From: the human T2T-CHM13v2.0 reference genome, Homo sapiens
Direction: 5' to 3'
Assembly: GCA_009914755.4 (NCBI GenBank)
Contig: CP068257.2
Location: forward strand, 34,528,001-34,592,000
DNA length: 64,000 nt
Below the pieces are notes generated by a model. The model worked only from the letters and a program-made list of their open reading frames with translations. It was not told where the DNA came from and did no database searches. Positions 47,903 to 64,000 of the stretch are shown one piece after another (position 1 is the first letter of the stretch; every line of letters begins with the position of its first letter). The position numbers and the translations under genes were made by a program.

Positions 47903-48372
47903 TAAGAAAGAAGCTTTCCTAAGTCCTGTACTTGGACGAGGGCACCGGTGTTGTCTTTGGGTACAGGGCATTAGCAATTGTAAAGAACAGTGTTGAAGGG
48001 GTGAATAAGTAATATCTTTTCCTCATCCATTGCGAGGTTCATGGCTGAGACCCCTATAACGAAAGAGAGATTAACGAGAGAAAAGCATGCAAATTAAGTT
48101 TTACATGGCATGAGAGCCTTCAGAAATGAAGACTTGGAGAAACAGGGATTCCAATCTGTGTCTCTGTGCTTGGGTTTGATGAAGTGTGACAGTCGCGTAG
48201 AATGACTGGATGCGGGCTGTGATGATTCAGGAATACCCCGGGGGGAATTTAGCAAGGCCTGTTTGTTCAGGTTCTTCTTGGTGCCTCTGGGAGACATTCC
48301 TTCCCTCTGGGTATAGGGCAGGACGCCTGTCACAGGGCGTTCAGGGGAGAAGGGAGGGAGATCTTGATCTCC

Positions 48373-48408
48373 CTAGGCTTTATGAGCTGCCTAGGCTTTA
48401 TGAGCTGC
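48373..48408. repeat. Perfect 18-bp tandem duplication
   Basis: CTAGGCTTTATGAGCTGC CTAGGCTTTATGAGCTGC, giving the repeated LPRLYE peptide in ORF 48210..48425. Confidence 0.9.
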
Positions 48409-49364
48409 CACAGGGAGGAAGGTGAGAGTATCCTTCCTGCTTCTGCTGTTTTCTCAGTTTCCCAGGTACCATATTTTGGGGTAGCATTTCCTGCACCCCA
48501 TTAGTATCCACCAGAGAAGTTTGCCCTAAAAATGTGCTGTCCCTCTTGTGTCTGGTGCTGGCCTTCAGTGAGACTGAAGGGCATCACGGAAAAGTCTCGT
48601 AAGGTGGAATTGCGGGGAGCCCGAGTGGGAACCTCCATGGTGGCCTTTACCACTGATCCAAGCAACTGGTTCTCCCTTCTCCACTGGGCTACAGCTCTGA
48701 GCTTCTGCACAAAGAGTGGAGTCTCCATCTTTAAATATTCTGCTTATTTTTCAATTTGTCATTATACTAAGAGGTCATGTGTGTGGATTACTTACTTTGT
48801 GCTGGGCAGTATGCTAAATTCTTTATACATGGTAACTCTTTATGCTTGTAACTTCGTGAGGTATCACAGTCCTCATTTTTACAGATGAAACTTCAGCCCA
48901 GAAAGGTAATTTGCCCGAACAGCAAATTCTGAAACTGGAATTGGTGGCTCTGGTGCCCAAGCTTGCATATTTAGACCAGGCATCAGTAATAGCCTCAGTT
49001 TTGTTTATTGCTTTGTTAAGCCTTAGTTTTGAAGCACTTGTTAAGTGCGAGGCTCCATGTGGAGTGTATAAACACTCAATCTCTGTGTGACGACAGCTCC
49101 AAGGAGCAGTCCAGCAAGTTCTGTCTGGCCAAATCTAGACCTGGTTTTGATTAACTTTGTTCATGATCTCTAGATCACTCTGCTCTATGCTTGAACCTGT
49201 ATGCTTGAGTCAAGCTTACCTCTCTGATGGGTGAAGAAAATGATATTTCACTGTTATATTAATTTTATTTTTCTTACCACAAAGGAAGGATATCTCTTCA
49301 TTTTTCTAAGTCCTGTTGGTTCATTGCCTTTGCTTTTGCTGCATTTCTCTCTCTCTCTTTTTTT

Positions 49365-49660
49365 TTTTTTTTTTTGAGACAGAGTCTCACTCTGTCACTC
49401 AGGCTGGAGTTCAGTGGCACAATCTCGACTCTCTCCAACCTCCACCTCCCAGGTTCCAGTGATTCTCCTGCCTCAGCCTCCTGAGTAGCTGGGACTGCAG
49501 GCGTGTGCCACCACGCCTGGCTAATTTTTGTATTTTTAGTAGAGACAGGGTTTCATCATGTTGGCCAGGCTGGTCTCAAACTCCTGACCTCAGGCGATCT
49601 GCCCATCTTGGCCTCCCAAAGTGCTGAGATTACAGGCGTGAGCCACTGCACCCAGCCTTC
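49365..49660 (-). mobile_element. Alu SINE (reverse)
   Basis: T18, GAGACAGAGTCTCACTCTGTCACTCAGGCTGGAGTTCAGTGG ... CACTGCACCCAGCC. Confidence 0.9.
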
Positions 49661-49790
49661 TTGCTGCATTTTTAAAGAAGACAACTGCAGCTTGTCTCTC
49701 TTGATAAGCAGTCTGAGTTTGCCTTTAGTGCACCTTTTCTTCAACAGAAATCAGTTGCCTGTCTCAGATGGGCCTTGCTCACATTATTCA

Positions 49791-50410
<620 letters not shown>

Positions 50411-51496
50411 CAAAACATGATAAACATGGTCAACATACAGTGAACAAGTTCATTCCACTTTTACTGGTTACAGCCTCAGTTCTGGGCTATGTGTCTTTTT
50501 CTATGTCTTTTTCACATTAAATGAAGTGAGGTAACACATGTAAATGAGAAAAAATAGCAATCAGTTCTATTAATTTGAAATGAGTGGTTGTGGTTCCTTG
50601 CAATTGCGTTCATATGAAAAGAGATGTATCAGTCAGGATAGGGAAAGTTATGCACAGTAACAAACAATCCTCAAATCATGGTGACTTTTACAACATGGTT
50701 TATTTCTGCCTTACTGGATCAGAAAGTAGTTTCTGCTTTCTGAAATTTCTCAGGGGCTTTATCTCAACCTGTGTTTCCATAATCTTAGAGGCAGGGAAAA
50801 GAGAAGTGATAAGCTATGAGTTGGCTTTGAAGATCTGTGCCAGAAGTGACTCCCATAATTCTATTCATCTTGTTGGCCCCAAGTATGTCACGTTGCCGTG
50901 CCTATACTCAAAAGAGCAGAAGAAAGGGATCCTGCTGTGTGCACAGACTGAGGGAACCTCTTAGGAATCCCAGATGCTCCCCATGGGAAGTACTTAACAT
51001 CTTTTTTGTCCCAAATAGCAGAAGTCTTAGAGTATAATGAGCAAAAATGAGATTTGGTAGTGTTAAAAAGAGAAAACTCTGCCTTGACAAAAATAATGGT
51101 ACAGGTCAAGACAGCTTTTAGCTCTCCTGCTCTTGAATCCATGGAGAAAGCTTGTTAGCCTGTGATCAGTAAGCCATGGGAGTCGTGGAAATGTTTTCTG
51201 CGGGCTGGCTGGGCATTGCTGGTGGTGAAGCTGGATGTTGGCTGCCTGACCGTTCTATGTGTTTGAAATTGCCCGTGAGCAAATGTACTGTTTGCTATCC
51301 ATTATCCACGTTCATTCCTTCTCTGCTGCTACCGTCAGTCTGTTTTCATCCTTTGTGACAGTGTGGAAGTTAAGTGGCCTCTCCTCTGTTCTTTTTTTTT
51401 TTTTCCTTTTTGGAACATAAGCACATTTTTTCACATTATTTTATTAGCATTCCCTTTGTTTTAAGGTATCACATTCTTCATAAATGATGTTTTAAG

Positions 51497-51790
51497 GGCT
51501 AGGCGCAGTGGCTCACACCCATAATCCCAGCATTTTGGGAGGCTGAGGCAGGAGGATTGCGTGAGCCCAGGAGTCTGAGACCAGTTGATCATTCTGGGCA
51601 ATGTAGGGAGACCTTGTCTCTACAGAACAATCTTTTTAAATTAGCCAGGCTTGGTGGCATGCACCTGCAGTCCCAGCTATTCAGGAGGCCAAGGTGGGAG
51701 GATCACTGGAACCTGGAGGTTGAAGCTGCATGGAACCATGATCGCACACTTGCTCTCCAGCCTGTGTAACAGAGTGCAACCCTTTTTTGA
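51497..51790 (+). mobile_element. Alu SINE (old, divergent, AluJ-like)
   Basis: GGCTAGGCGCAGTGGCTCACACCCATAATCCCAGCATTTTGGGAGGCTGAGGCAGGAGGATTGCGTGAGCCCAGGAGTCTGAGACCAG ... Confidence 0.8.
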
Positions 51791-51819
51791 TGACCACTAG
51801 TTATATCTGATTTTTTTTT

Positions 51820-52105
51820 TTTTTTGAGATGAGATGGAGTCTCACCCTGTCGCCCAGGCTAGAGTGCAGTTGGCTCACTGCAACCTCTGCCTCCTGGGTT
51901 CAAGTGATTCTCCTGCCTTAGCCTCCTGAGTAGCTGGGATTATAGGCACGCGCCACCATGCCCGGCTAATTTTTTGTGTCTTTAGTAGAGACAGGGTTTC
52001 ATCATGTTGGCCAGGTTGGTCTTGAACTCCTGACCTTGTGATCCACCCACCTCTGCCTCCCAAAGTGCCAGGATTATAGGTGTGAGCCACTGCACCTGGC
52101 CATAT
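51820..52105 (-). mobile_element. Alu SINE (reverse); tight inverted pair with the preceding Alu
   Basis: T17, GAGATGAGATGGAGTCTCACCCTGTCGCCCAGGCTAGAGTGCAGTTGGCTCACTGCAA ... CACTGCACCTGGCC. Confidence 0.9.
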
Positions 52106-52533
52106 CTGATTTTTTTTAAAGATGTCATTTTATTGAATTTGAGAATTCACTTAGACCACAGATATCTGATGAAAAATATTCTTGTTTTCCTTGTCTTCCT
52201 TTCATGTCCTGCATAACCTGAGTGTGCTTTAGAGGTGGGATCGTAGTGTTTGCGTACAAGAGGAAAGTTGTCATGGCCCTGTGGTCATGAGGCTGAGGGC
52301 CCACGATTCTGATGTGGATGGAATGCAGCTGGCATTGCACATGTCTTAGATGCTCTTCCCAACTGCCCGCTTTGTTCTAGGCACTGTGCAGGGTGCTGGA
52401 GACAGCAGAGAAGAGTGAGATAGTCCCTGCCCTCGCACTGTAGAGGGAAGGCCTGTTCTGCCTCCCTGAGATGGGGGCACTGAGCTAAATCACACGTGAG
52501 GAAGAGTTAGCAAGGTGGCCGGAAGGGCATTTA

Positions 52534-52961
<428 letters not shown>

Positions 52962-53019
52962 CTACTTATGCAGATCATTCCCTGATAACATCAGACACTG
53001 TGTTATAAGATTAAGCCGG

Positions 53020-53367
<348 letters not shown>

Positions 53368-53939
53368 TTACTCTGTGCCACGAAGGACAGCATCGATCTG
53401 TTCACACTCTCGACCTTGCTTCTCGGGTACAGCAAGCACTCTGGGATGCTTTCCCGCAGACGTGTCGTGTATCCTGCTTATGGAAGCCTAGCTTGGGACT
53501 ACCATTGCTCCAGCCCAGTGGGGTGGTGCTGTTTTCCTCCTGGAGAACATGGGTTCCTCCCAGCACCATCTCCAACTGGTAGAAATGTCAGGCGTCACAG
53601 CCTGGAAGGCTTTAATCCCAATCCATATCTTCTGAGTGAGCCCCTACTCATGGCTTCCTGAGATGGAGAAGCACACGGCCCTCACCCATCACGGGCTCAG
53701 AGGTGTGACCGAGAAGCTGGCCACCTACTAAGAAAGTCCTTGTGCCTGCCTCATCTCCAGCGCTGCCAGAGCTGCTGTGGACTCTCGCCATGCAGTCCCT
53801 CTGCCCCTTTGTTGTGTATGTCTCTTTCTTACAGCCACACTGGGACATGGCTGCAGTCTCTCTGGCTTCAGCAGATCCACTCTCCATTGTAAATATCGCT
53901 GCCTTCTTCCTCATGTGTTTTTTTTGTCTTGTTTGACAG

Positions 53940-54121
53940 GCTCTTCAGAGTAACCTGAGGTACTCCTTGTTGCCAAGACGGCTCCTCATCAGCAAAAGAT
54001 TAGCTCAGTGTTTGCACCCTGCCCTGCCCAGTGGTGTCCACTTAAAAGCTCTGGAAACCTACGAGATTATCTTTAAAATCGTGGGGACCAAATGGCTGGC
54101 CAAGGACTTGTTTCTGTACAG
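53940..54121 (+). CDS. DOP1B: DOP1B coding exon (182 nt; aa ~47-107)
   Basis: Acceptor ttgtttgacAG|GCTCTTCAG. In-frame continuation of exon 2: [60 protein letters not shown] + AG. Donor tgtacAG|GTGCGATT. Confidence 0.85.
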
Positions 54122-54304
54122 GTGCGATTGCTTCTCTGCTGTGTTCCTTTTTATTACCCAAGTAGCCGGTATTTCAGCTCACAAGATGAGAAAATGACAA
54201 ACAGGCAAAATAAGCGTAGGGCTGTGTGTGCAACAGTTAATCATAAAGCCATCACCAGGAGACATCACTGGGCGCCTTCTGGAGTCTATCCGTCCTAACT
54301 TTGC

Positions 54305-54975
54305 TTTCTTTCTTTTTTTTTTTTAATTTAAGTTCTAGGGTACATATGCACAACGTGCAGGTTTGTCACACATGTATACATGTGCCATGTTGGTGTGCTG
54401 CACCCATTAACTCGTCATTTACATTAGGTGTATCTCCTAGTGCTATCCCTCCCCACTCCCCCGACCCCATGACAGGCCCCAGTGTGTGATGTTCCCCTTC
54501 CTGTGTCCAAGTGTTCTCATTGTTCAATCCCCACCTATGAGTGAGAACATGCCATGTTTGGTTTTTTGTCCTTGCGATAGTTTGCTGAGAATGATGGTTT
54601 CCAGCTTCATCCATGTCCCTACAAAGGACATGAACTCATCCTTTTTTATGGCTACATAGTATTCCATGGTGTATATGTGCCACATTTTCTTAATCCAGTC
54701 TATCATCGATGGACATTTGGGTTGGTTCCAAGTCTTTGCTATTGTGACTAGTGTTGCAATAAATATACGTGTGGATGTGTCTTTATAGCAGTTTGATTTA
54801 TAATCCTTTGGGTATATACCCAGTAACGGGATGGCTGGGTCAAATGGTATTTCTAGTTCTAGATCCTTGAGGAATCGCCACACTGACTTCCACAATGGTT
54901 GAACTAGTTAACAGTCCCACCAACAGTGTGAAAGTGTTCCTATTTCTCCACATCCTCTCCAGCACCCCATTTGGA
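54305..54975 (-). mobile_element. L1 (L1PA-like, fairly young) 3'-end fragment, antisense, occupying most of the 1.08-kb intron
   Basis: T-run at 54306-54322 is the L1 A-tail in reverse complement. Then ggtacatatgcacaacgtgcaggtttgtcacacatgtatacatgtgccatgttggtgtgctgcacccattaactcgtcatttacattaggtgtatctcctagtgctatccctcccc ... tatgagtgagaacatgccatgtttggttttttgtcc ... ccagtaacgggatggctgggtcaaatggtatttctagttctagatccttgaggaatcgccacactg.. The minus-strand ORF 54524..54895 is an L1 ORF2 C-terminus (..IPFDPAIPLLGIYPKDYKS..WNQPKCPS..EYYVAIKKDEFMSFVGTWMKLETIILSKL..). Confidence 0.9.
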
Positions 54976-55200
54976 CTTTGCTACAAGGGAACTTTAGCAT
55001 CTGAACGTGCGGACAGCTTCATTGCTGGCTTGTTACGTAACAGTGTTTTGTGACCATCTCATGTCATACCCACACATCGAAACCAGCAGTTTAAATGGCC
55101 AGCTGTTTGCTTGTGAAAACTCCCCTCGGCTGGCTTGTCACCTGGGACTTCTGACTGGGTATCTTATTTCTGCCCCGCTCCCTCTCGTTCTTTCTCGAAG

Positions 55201-55371
55201 CTGCGGGTTATTTCCTCTCCTGGCACACGCGGCGGTGTCGGTGAGGCCGGTGCTGCTCACCCTGTACGAGAAGTACTTCCTCCCACTGCAGAAGCTGCTC
55301 CTGCCCAGTCTGCAGGCCTTCATCGTGGGCCTGCTGCCCGGCCTTGAAGAGGGCTCCGAGATCTCCGACAG
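55201..55371 (+). CDS. DOP1B: DOP1B coding exon (171 nt)
   Basis: Acceptor tttctcgaAG|CTGCGGG. The split codon AG|C gives (S)[56 protein letters not shown] + AG. Donor cgacAG|GTGCGTGG. Confidence 0.85.
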
Positions 55372-55427
55372 GTGCGTGGGCGTCTTGTCCAGGCTGTGTT
55401 TACTCCACTGCTTTATAAGACGCGGGG

Positions 55428-55886
<459 letters not shown>

Positions 55887-56036
55887 TTAGGCGGAGAGAA
55901 ATGTAGCTCATTAATAAGGGAGACCATAGTGCAGGGTTCCCATGATGTCCTGTCCCGTTACGGAGTTACCCACAGAGTCACCATGTGTGGAGGGAAGACA
56001 TACCCTCTTAGGGCGCCTAGTGTGGAGGAAATGAAG

Positions 56037-56573
<537 letters not shown>

Positions 56574-56580
56574 TAAATTA

Positions 56581-57158
<578 letters not shown>

Positions 57159-58245
57159 TTATTAACTCTTCTGAGAGATGCCACAGTGATTCACCTCTGT
57201 TAATGGGACCTGTTTTAAGAGCCCATGTTCAGTCACTGGTGACTTTTGTGCTTGTAAAAGCTGCCATGTGATTACACAACGCGCTGCTCATATTACCCTG
57301 TGCTGGAGGCCCTAGTCAGGTCACCCTTTCCTGTGGTGTCAGCTGTGACTGAGGGGTGCAGGAGGCTGGAGTCTAACCCAGGAATCAATCCAAGGTCCAT
57401 TTGCACGGCTCCCCCAGCCTTAAGTAAACCAAGTAATCAGAATGGTTTGAAGGGTTAGTTAGGAAGTGGCCAAGGGTGCATTTCGTGAGCTCTATATCAG
57501 GACTTGACAGATGTAACTAAAACATTGCACTTTAACCATTTCAAGCTCTCACATAGACCAGGTGTTGGCTCTCCATTTCCCAAAGGAGAATCCACCTTTA
57601 CAGTTTCTACCTTAGGAGGCAGAATCTGTCTCGTTGCGGTTTTAAGCCCAGCGCCAGGCCCTGTGGCTGGTACACGGTGAGACTCGGTAAGTGTGTGTTG
57701 AGTTAACGAGTGGTCCAGGTCACATAGGAGGCAGCTGGAGGACATTGCCAGACTCCATGCCAATGGACTCCTAATCCCAGGCCCTTTCTAGAAGTTCTGC
57801 TGTGTTTGTGTTCTGATGACAGATATGTGAGTATACATCCTACATGATTTTTCCATCATTGGACAGATGAACACATTAGTTCCCTAAAGCTTACTGTGAT
57901 CTTTTAAATCTGTGTGAATCACACTAGAAGTGTAAATAGTTGGAGTGTTTTTGTTTTCTTAGTTGATAAATAAAGGTTCATTTGAACAGTTGCTAAAGTT
58001 GCTTAACATTGATTTTTTTTCTGAATATTGTGATTTCTTGACATTGAACCAAGAGCCAAGTAAAGCTTCATGAATCACCGAATCTATTTAGCTGTGACAG
58101 AAAACCAAATGCAATGTGGCACCCAGAAGTGATTAGTTATCAGCTCTCCAAGGTGGATGCAGGTGAAAGGTTATACAATAATCTCTGAGCCAGTGTGTTG
58201 CAGCCACAGTAATTGAAGTGACTGTACAAGATTTTTTGGTTGCTA

Positions 58246-58731
<486 letters not shown>

Positions 58732-58929
58732 CTATGACTGGTCAGAAATCCTTTTTTTTTTTTTTTAAGTGCCCATGAAATAGCTACATAGCTGTGTTTT
58801 GCTGTACTAAGAAAACAAGATTAGAACAGGGAAAGCACTAAACTCTTCTTCTCAGGAGATGAGGAGAGGTGAATGTTTTAAATGGTTTGTAAGAAGGCAA
58901 CAACTAGCTCACCAGATATTTCCATTTAA

Positions 58930-59160
58930 ATCAGTAATTTTCAATGTAGTAGTAATTTTGCCTCTCAGGGTACATTTGACAATATCTGGAGACAGTTTTG
59001 GCTGTCACAACTGGGGGTGGGGAGGGTGCTACTGATATTTAGTGGGTAGAGTCCAGGAGCTGCTGAACATTTTACAATGCACACAGGTGCCCCGACAACA
59101 AAGACTTACCTGGTCCCAGATGTCAGTGGGGTGGACGTTCAGAAACCCTGGCTTAAAGAG
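58930..59160. mobile_element. MER20-like hAT-Charlie non-autonomous DNA transposon
   Basis: ..gggtacatttgacaatatctggagacagttttggctgtcacaactgggggtggggagggtgctactgatatttagtgggtagagtccaggagctgctgaacattttacaatgcacacaggtgccccgacaacaaagacttacctggtcccagatgtcagtggggtggacgttcagaaaccctg matches the recalled MER20 consensus (gacatttggcaatgtctggagacatttttggttgtcacaactggg..gtgctactggcatctagtgggtagaggccagggatgctgctaaacatcctacaatgcacagg..). Confidence 0.75.
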
Positions 59161-59195
59161 TTGAAAAATATTTATTGACATTTCTTTTCTTTTGG

Positions 59196-59379
59196 AGCTC
59201 ATTAATAAGGGAGGCCATAGTACAGAGTTTCCATGATGTCCTGTCCCATTAAAGAGTTACCCACAGCGTCACCATATGAAGAGGGGAAGACGTACCCTCT
59301 TAGGGCCCCTATCGTGGAGGAAACAAATGGACCCTTTACTGAGCACTTGCGACGTGCATGACCCACATGATCACATTGA

Positions 59380-59385
<6 letters not shown>
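59196..59385 (+). repeat. Copy 2 of the ~190-bp dispersed duplication; truncated on the right by an Alu
   Basis: agctcattaataagggaggccatagtacagagtttccatgatgtcctgtcccattaaagagttacccacagcgtcaccatatgaagaggggaagacgtaccctcttagggcccctatcgtggaggaaacaaatggaccctttactgagcacttgcgacgtgcatgacccacatgatcacattg. Confidence 0.8.
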
Positions 59386-60151
<766 letters not shown>

Positions 60152-60200
60152 TGAAGGAGCTGCGTTTGCAGAAGGCATGAGAGAGCATAAGCTGGGATGA

Positions 60201-60584
<384 letters not shown>

Positions 60585-60611
60585 TGAATTAAAAGTTTAG
60601 GGTTCCCAGTG

Positions 60612-60963
<352 letters not shown>

Positions 60964-61134
60964 TCATAGTAACTCTTGTTGAGTAGGAAGTTATTTCGTT
61001 TTTAACCCCGTTTATTTTGCTCTCTCATACCAAAGGTTTGTCATAGTTGCTGTTGTTTCTACTATGATGTCATTTAAATTGTTAGTATGCATCCATTTTT
61101 TTTAGAATAAAATGAGACTTAAAAAACAAAGCTG

Positions 61135-61430
61135 GCTGGGCACAGTGGCTCACACCTGTAGTCCCAGCACTGAGAGGCCATGCAGGGTGGACCACTTGAA
61201 GCCAAAAGTTCAAGACCAGCCTGGGCAACATGGTGAAACTCTGTCTACATATAAAATGCAAAAATTAGCCCAGTGTGGCAGCATGGGTGTGTAGTCCCAG
61301 CTACTCAGAGGCTGAGGCAGGAAAATTGATTGAGCCCAGGAGGTCAGGGCTGCAGTGAGCTGTGTTCATGCCACTGCACTCCAGCCTGGGTGACAGAGTA
61401 ACACCCTGCCTCAAAAAAAAAAAAAAAAAT
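61135..61430 (+). mobile_element. Alu SINE (older)
   Basis: GGCTGGGCACAGTGGCTCACACCTGTAGTCCCAGCACTGAGAGGCCATGCAGGGTGG ... A17. Confidence 0.85.
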
Positions 61431-62059
61431 TATTTCTTTAATAGAAAGCTAGTAGCCAGTTTTCAGAATATTGAAGAGACAACATAGGCAGCGTTTCCCA
61501 TACTTTTTGAGGGTGGAACCCCTCTTCTGTGGAACATCTCTAGTGGCCAGTGTTCCATGGAACATACTTTGGGAATATGCAGTTCTAATTAAAGGGGGAC
61601 TGTGACACCACGATGTGTGCATTATAGTGTTTGTGATGATTTCAGAGCTAGGCAAAGACAAGCTCTATTTGTTTACTCAGCCTTTAATAGAAGACCAATC
61701 AATAACCTCAGCCATTAAATCGCCCTGCCTACTTCTTCTATACACTTAGCCATTACTTATGCCTCTTCATTTTTATTTTTTCTAAGAAGACGGTACCATG
61801 CATTATTTCCTGCAATATTTTACAGGAAGTTCAGACTAATTTTAAGGAGAACAAAATGTACTTTTAATATAACACGATGGTAGATATTTTTGAAGGAAAT
61901 ACAAAAAAATTAACCGAGGGGTTTTTCGAGTGCCAACCTGGAGTCACTTGCTCAAATAGGCACTGGGGCTGTGACAGCAAACAGAGTGGACCTAGTAGTA
62001 ATTGCAGGCGGCATGGCCCAAGCATTAGGTCTGTTCTTCTGGGTTGAGTTTTTTTTTTT

Positions 62060-62358
62060 TCTTTTTTTCTTTTCTTTTTTTTTTTTGAGACAGAGTCTCA
62101 CTCTGTTGCCCAGGCTGGAGTGCAGTGACGGCCTCTCGGCTCACTGCAAACTCCGCCTCCCGGCTTCAAGCAATTCTCCTGCCTCAGCCTCCCCAGTAGC
62201 TGGGATTATAGGCACCTGCCATCATGCCTCGCTAATTTTTGCATTTTTAATAGAGATGGGGTTTCACCATGTTGTCCAGGCTGGTCTCAAACTCCTGACC
62301 TCAGGTGATCCACCCGCCTCAGCCTCCCCGAGTGCTGGGATTACAGGCATGAGCCACC
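62060..62358 (-). mobile_element. Alu SINE (reverse), flanked by long T-runs (62047-62085 and 62374-62403)
   Basis: GAGACAGAGTCTCACTCTGTTGCCCAGGCTGGAGTGCAGTGACGGCC ... CACCACGCCCAGCC. Confidence 0.9.
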
Positions 62359-63598
62359 ACGCCCAGCCAAACAGTTTTTTTTGTTTTTTTTTTTTTTTTT
62401 TTTGAGGGGACTCTCACTTCATTCTCACAACATCTCCACGAGGTCGAGGCTCCTTCCCCTGTCTTTTAGCTGAGCACGGGCGTGCACAGATGTTAAACTG
62501 GTCCTAGGTCCTGCATCTAGGAGGCATCACAACCAGGATCTGGACACGGGAGGGCCAACTCTGGCAAGCTCTGTGAACCAACACATTCCACCGGGTTGGT
62601 TTTTCTGATTGTTTTTTGTGGTCTTTGCAGATAGGAAGCATGTGAGAAACTGAATCCTTTCAGGTAATGAGTCAGATCCTTCGTGGGGTGATATCCCTTA
62701 GGGGGAATGTGCCTCTGCTGTTTTACTGGTAGATGCTGTCACCCAGCCTGCAGATTGTGTGCACTGAGGACAGGGAAAGGGCCGCAGTCAGCTGCAGGGA
62801 CACCACCGAACAGACATGGGCCTGGCCTTGGTCAGCGTCAGGGGAAAAACGAGCCCTGATCCACTGGTGACGCTGCTTCTCTTAAAAGGATGCATGAGAA
62901 GGTGCTGACTTTGTATCACGGGAGACCTAGATAAAGATAAGAGGCGAACAAATGCCCGGCCTCAGCACAAGAGCCCCTGGGAGCGGGAGTCAGCACATGC
63001 AGGTGCTGTGGGCAGACTGAAAGGAAACACCACTCCAGGCTGATGGAATTTGCAGGGTCGTGGGAGGCCCCAGGCAGATTTGCCCCTAGCATTTCTAAAG
63101 GCAGATGTCACTTGGCACATTTTTGGCTGTGCTCAAGTTGGTGGCATCTAATTGCTTAAGTCTTTGATCAGTCTCCTCAGCATATGCTTGTTTTTGATAC
63201 ACCAATGGCTCCTTCCGCTTTTCTGTGAAGTGGCTGACCTGCCTATCCCTCTTATGGTGGAACCTCCCTTCCGTGAGCACCTAGGCATCCGTGGCACGGC
63301 CAGGGTGGAGATGGGTCTCTGCCCTGCCACGCACGACTGCTTAGCCACTTTCCATTGGCCAAGACACCGCGCTGCCTAGTGACATTGGTTTTAGCAAATC
63401 CAGGGTCAGTGTGACAGCCAGCAGGTGGACACACACAGCAGGGTGAGAGATGGCAGCGGCTCCCGGCGATGAGGAAGGTGGGGCTTCCCCAGCCAGGCGA
63501 ATCCGCTGTGGTACTTCATGCAGCATTCGCAGAGCAGTGTGCAGTGGGACTCGGGAAGATGGGGCGAGCCCTTGAACCCTATCCTCTCTCATCAACAG

Positions 63599-63788
63599 AA
63601 CGGATGCTCTGCTCCTGAGACTGTCGCTGGTGGTTGGCAAAGAGGTGTTTTACACCGCCCTCTGGGGGAGCGTCCTGGCCAGCCCGTCCATCCGCCTCCC
63701 TGCCTCAGTCTTCGTGGTGGGCCACATCAACAGGGATGCCCCCGGCCGGGAGCAGAAGTACATGCTGGGGACCAATCACCAACTCACG
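63599..63788 (+). CDS. DOP1B: DOP1B coding exon (190 nt); 3' boundary inferred
   Basis: Acceptor tctctcatcaacAG|AACGGATG. The first A completes the AG|A Arg codon from the previous exon. Then [63 protein letters not shown]. The cumulative CDS length of exons 2-5 is 681 nt (227 codons), so a donor ACG|GTGGGT at 63788/63789 leaves phase 0. Confidence 0.7.
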
Positions 63789-64000
63789 GTGGGTGCTGTG
63801 TTCCTCACAGGGCATGGGGAGGAGGCGACATGTGGGCACAGCATCCTCATGGGCAGGTTGTCACTGAAGCTGCAAAGGGACATCCAGGAAAGGGAGGTGC
63901 ACCAAGCTTAAGTCTGGGTAACGAACGGCTGAGCAAGGCGAGAAGGAGGCCTTGTGCAGTTGAGGCTGGTGGTGGCTTTTTTAACATATGCATTAAGGTT

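Overview
This is human genomic DNA, not a prokaryotic locus. The content matches chromosome 21q22: carbonyl reductase 3 (CBR3) followed by DOP1B/DOPEY2. (1) The terminal coding exon of CBR3 is on the + strand at 926-1362, followed by an AATAAA signal. (2) About 9 kb of Alu-rich intergenic DNA follows. (3) A ~2-kb CpG island at ~10.4-12.5 kb is the DOP1B/DOPEY2 promoter, with a putative non-coding exon 1 ending at a GCG|GTAAGT donor at 11796. (4) DOP1B coding exons 2-5 lie at 19586-19723, 53940-54121, 55201-55371 and 63599-~63788. Their conceptual splice product reads [16 protein letters not shown]...HQLT, the DOP1/Dopey N-terminus. Introns are ~7.8, ~34.2, ~1.1 and ~8.2 kb. About 77 Alu-derived segments cover roughly one third of the window. 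Other repeats are two old antisense L1 3' fragments, MaLR LTRs, a MER20 and a MER30-like hAT element, MIRs and several microsatellites. A full-length RPL3 processed pseudogene with a poly(A) tail and a 12-bp target-site duplication is nested inside an old L1. I see no candidate for a new coding system. The unexplained structure is non-coding: a 4-copy ~98-bp GC-box tandem array just upstream of DOP1B exon 1; a cluster of inverted repeats at 40.3-42.2 kb, comprising ~190-bp inverted arms and a separate ~70-bp palindrome around a (CCCCT)n tract; and a ~190-bp segment duplicated 3.3 kb apart. All coordinates are hand-counted (+/-10 bp for repeats); repeat family names are from memory.
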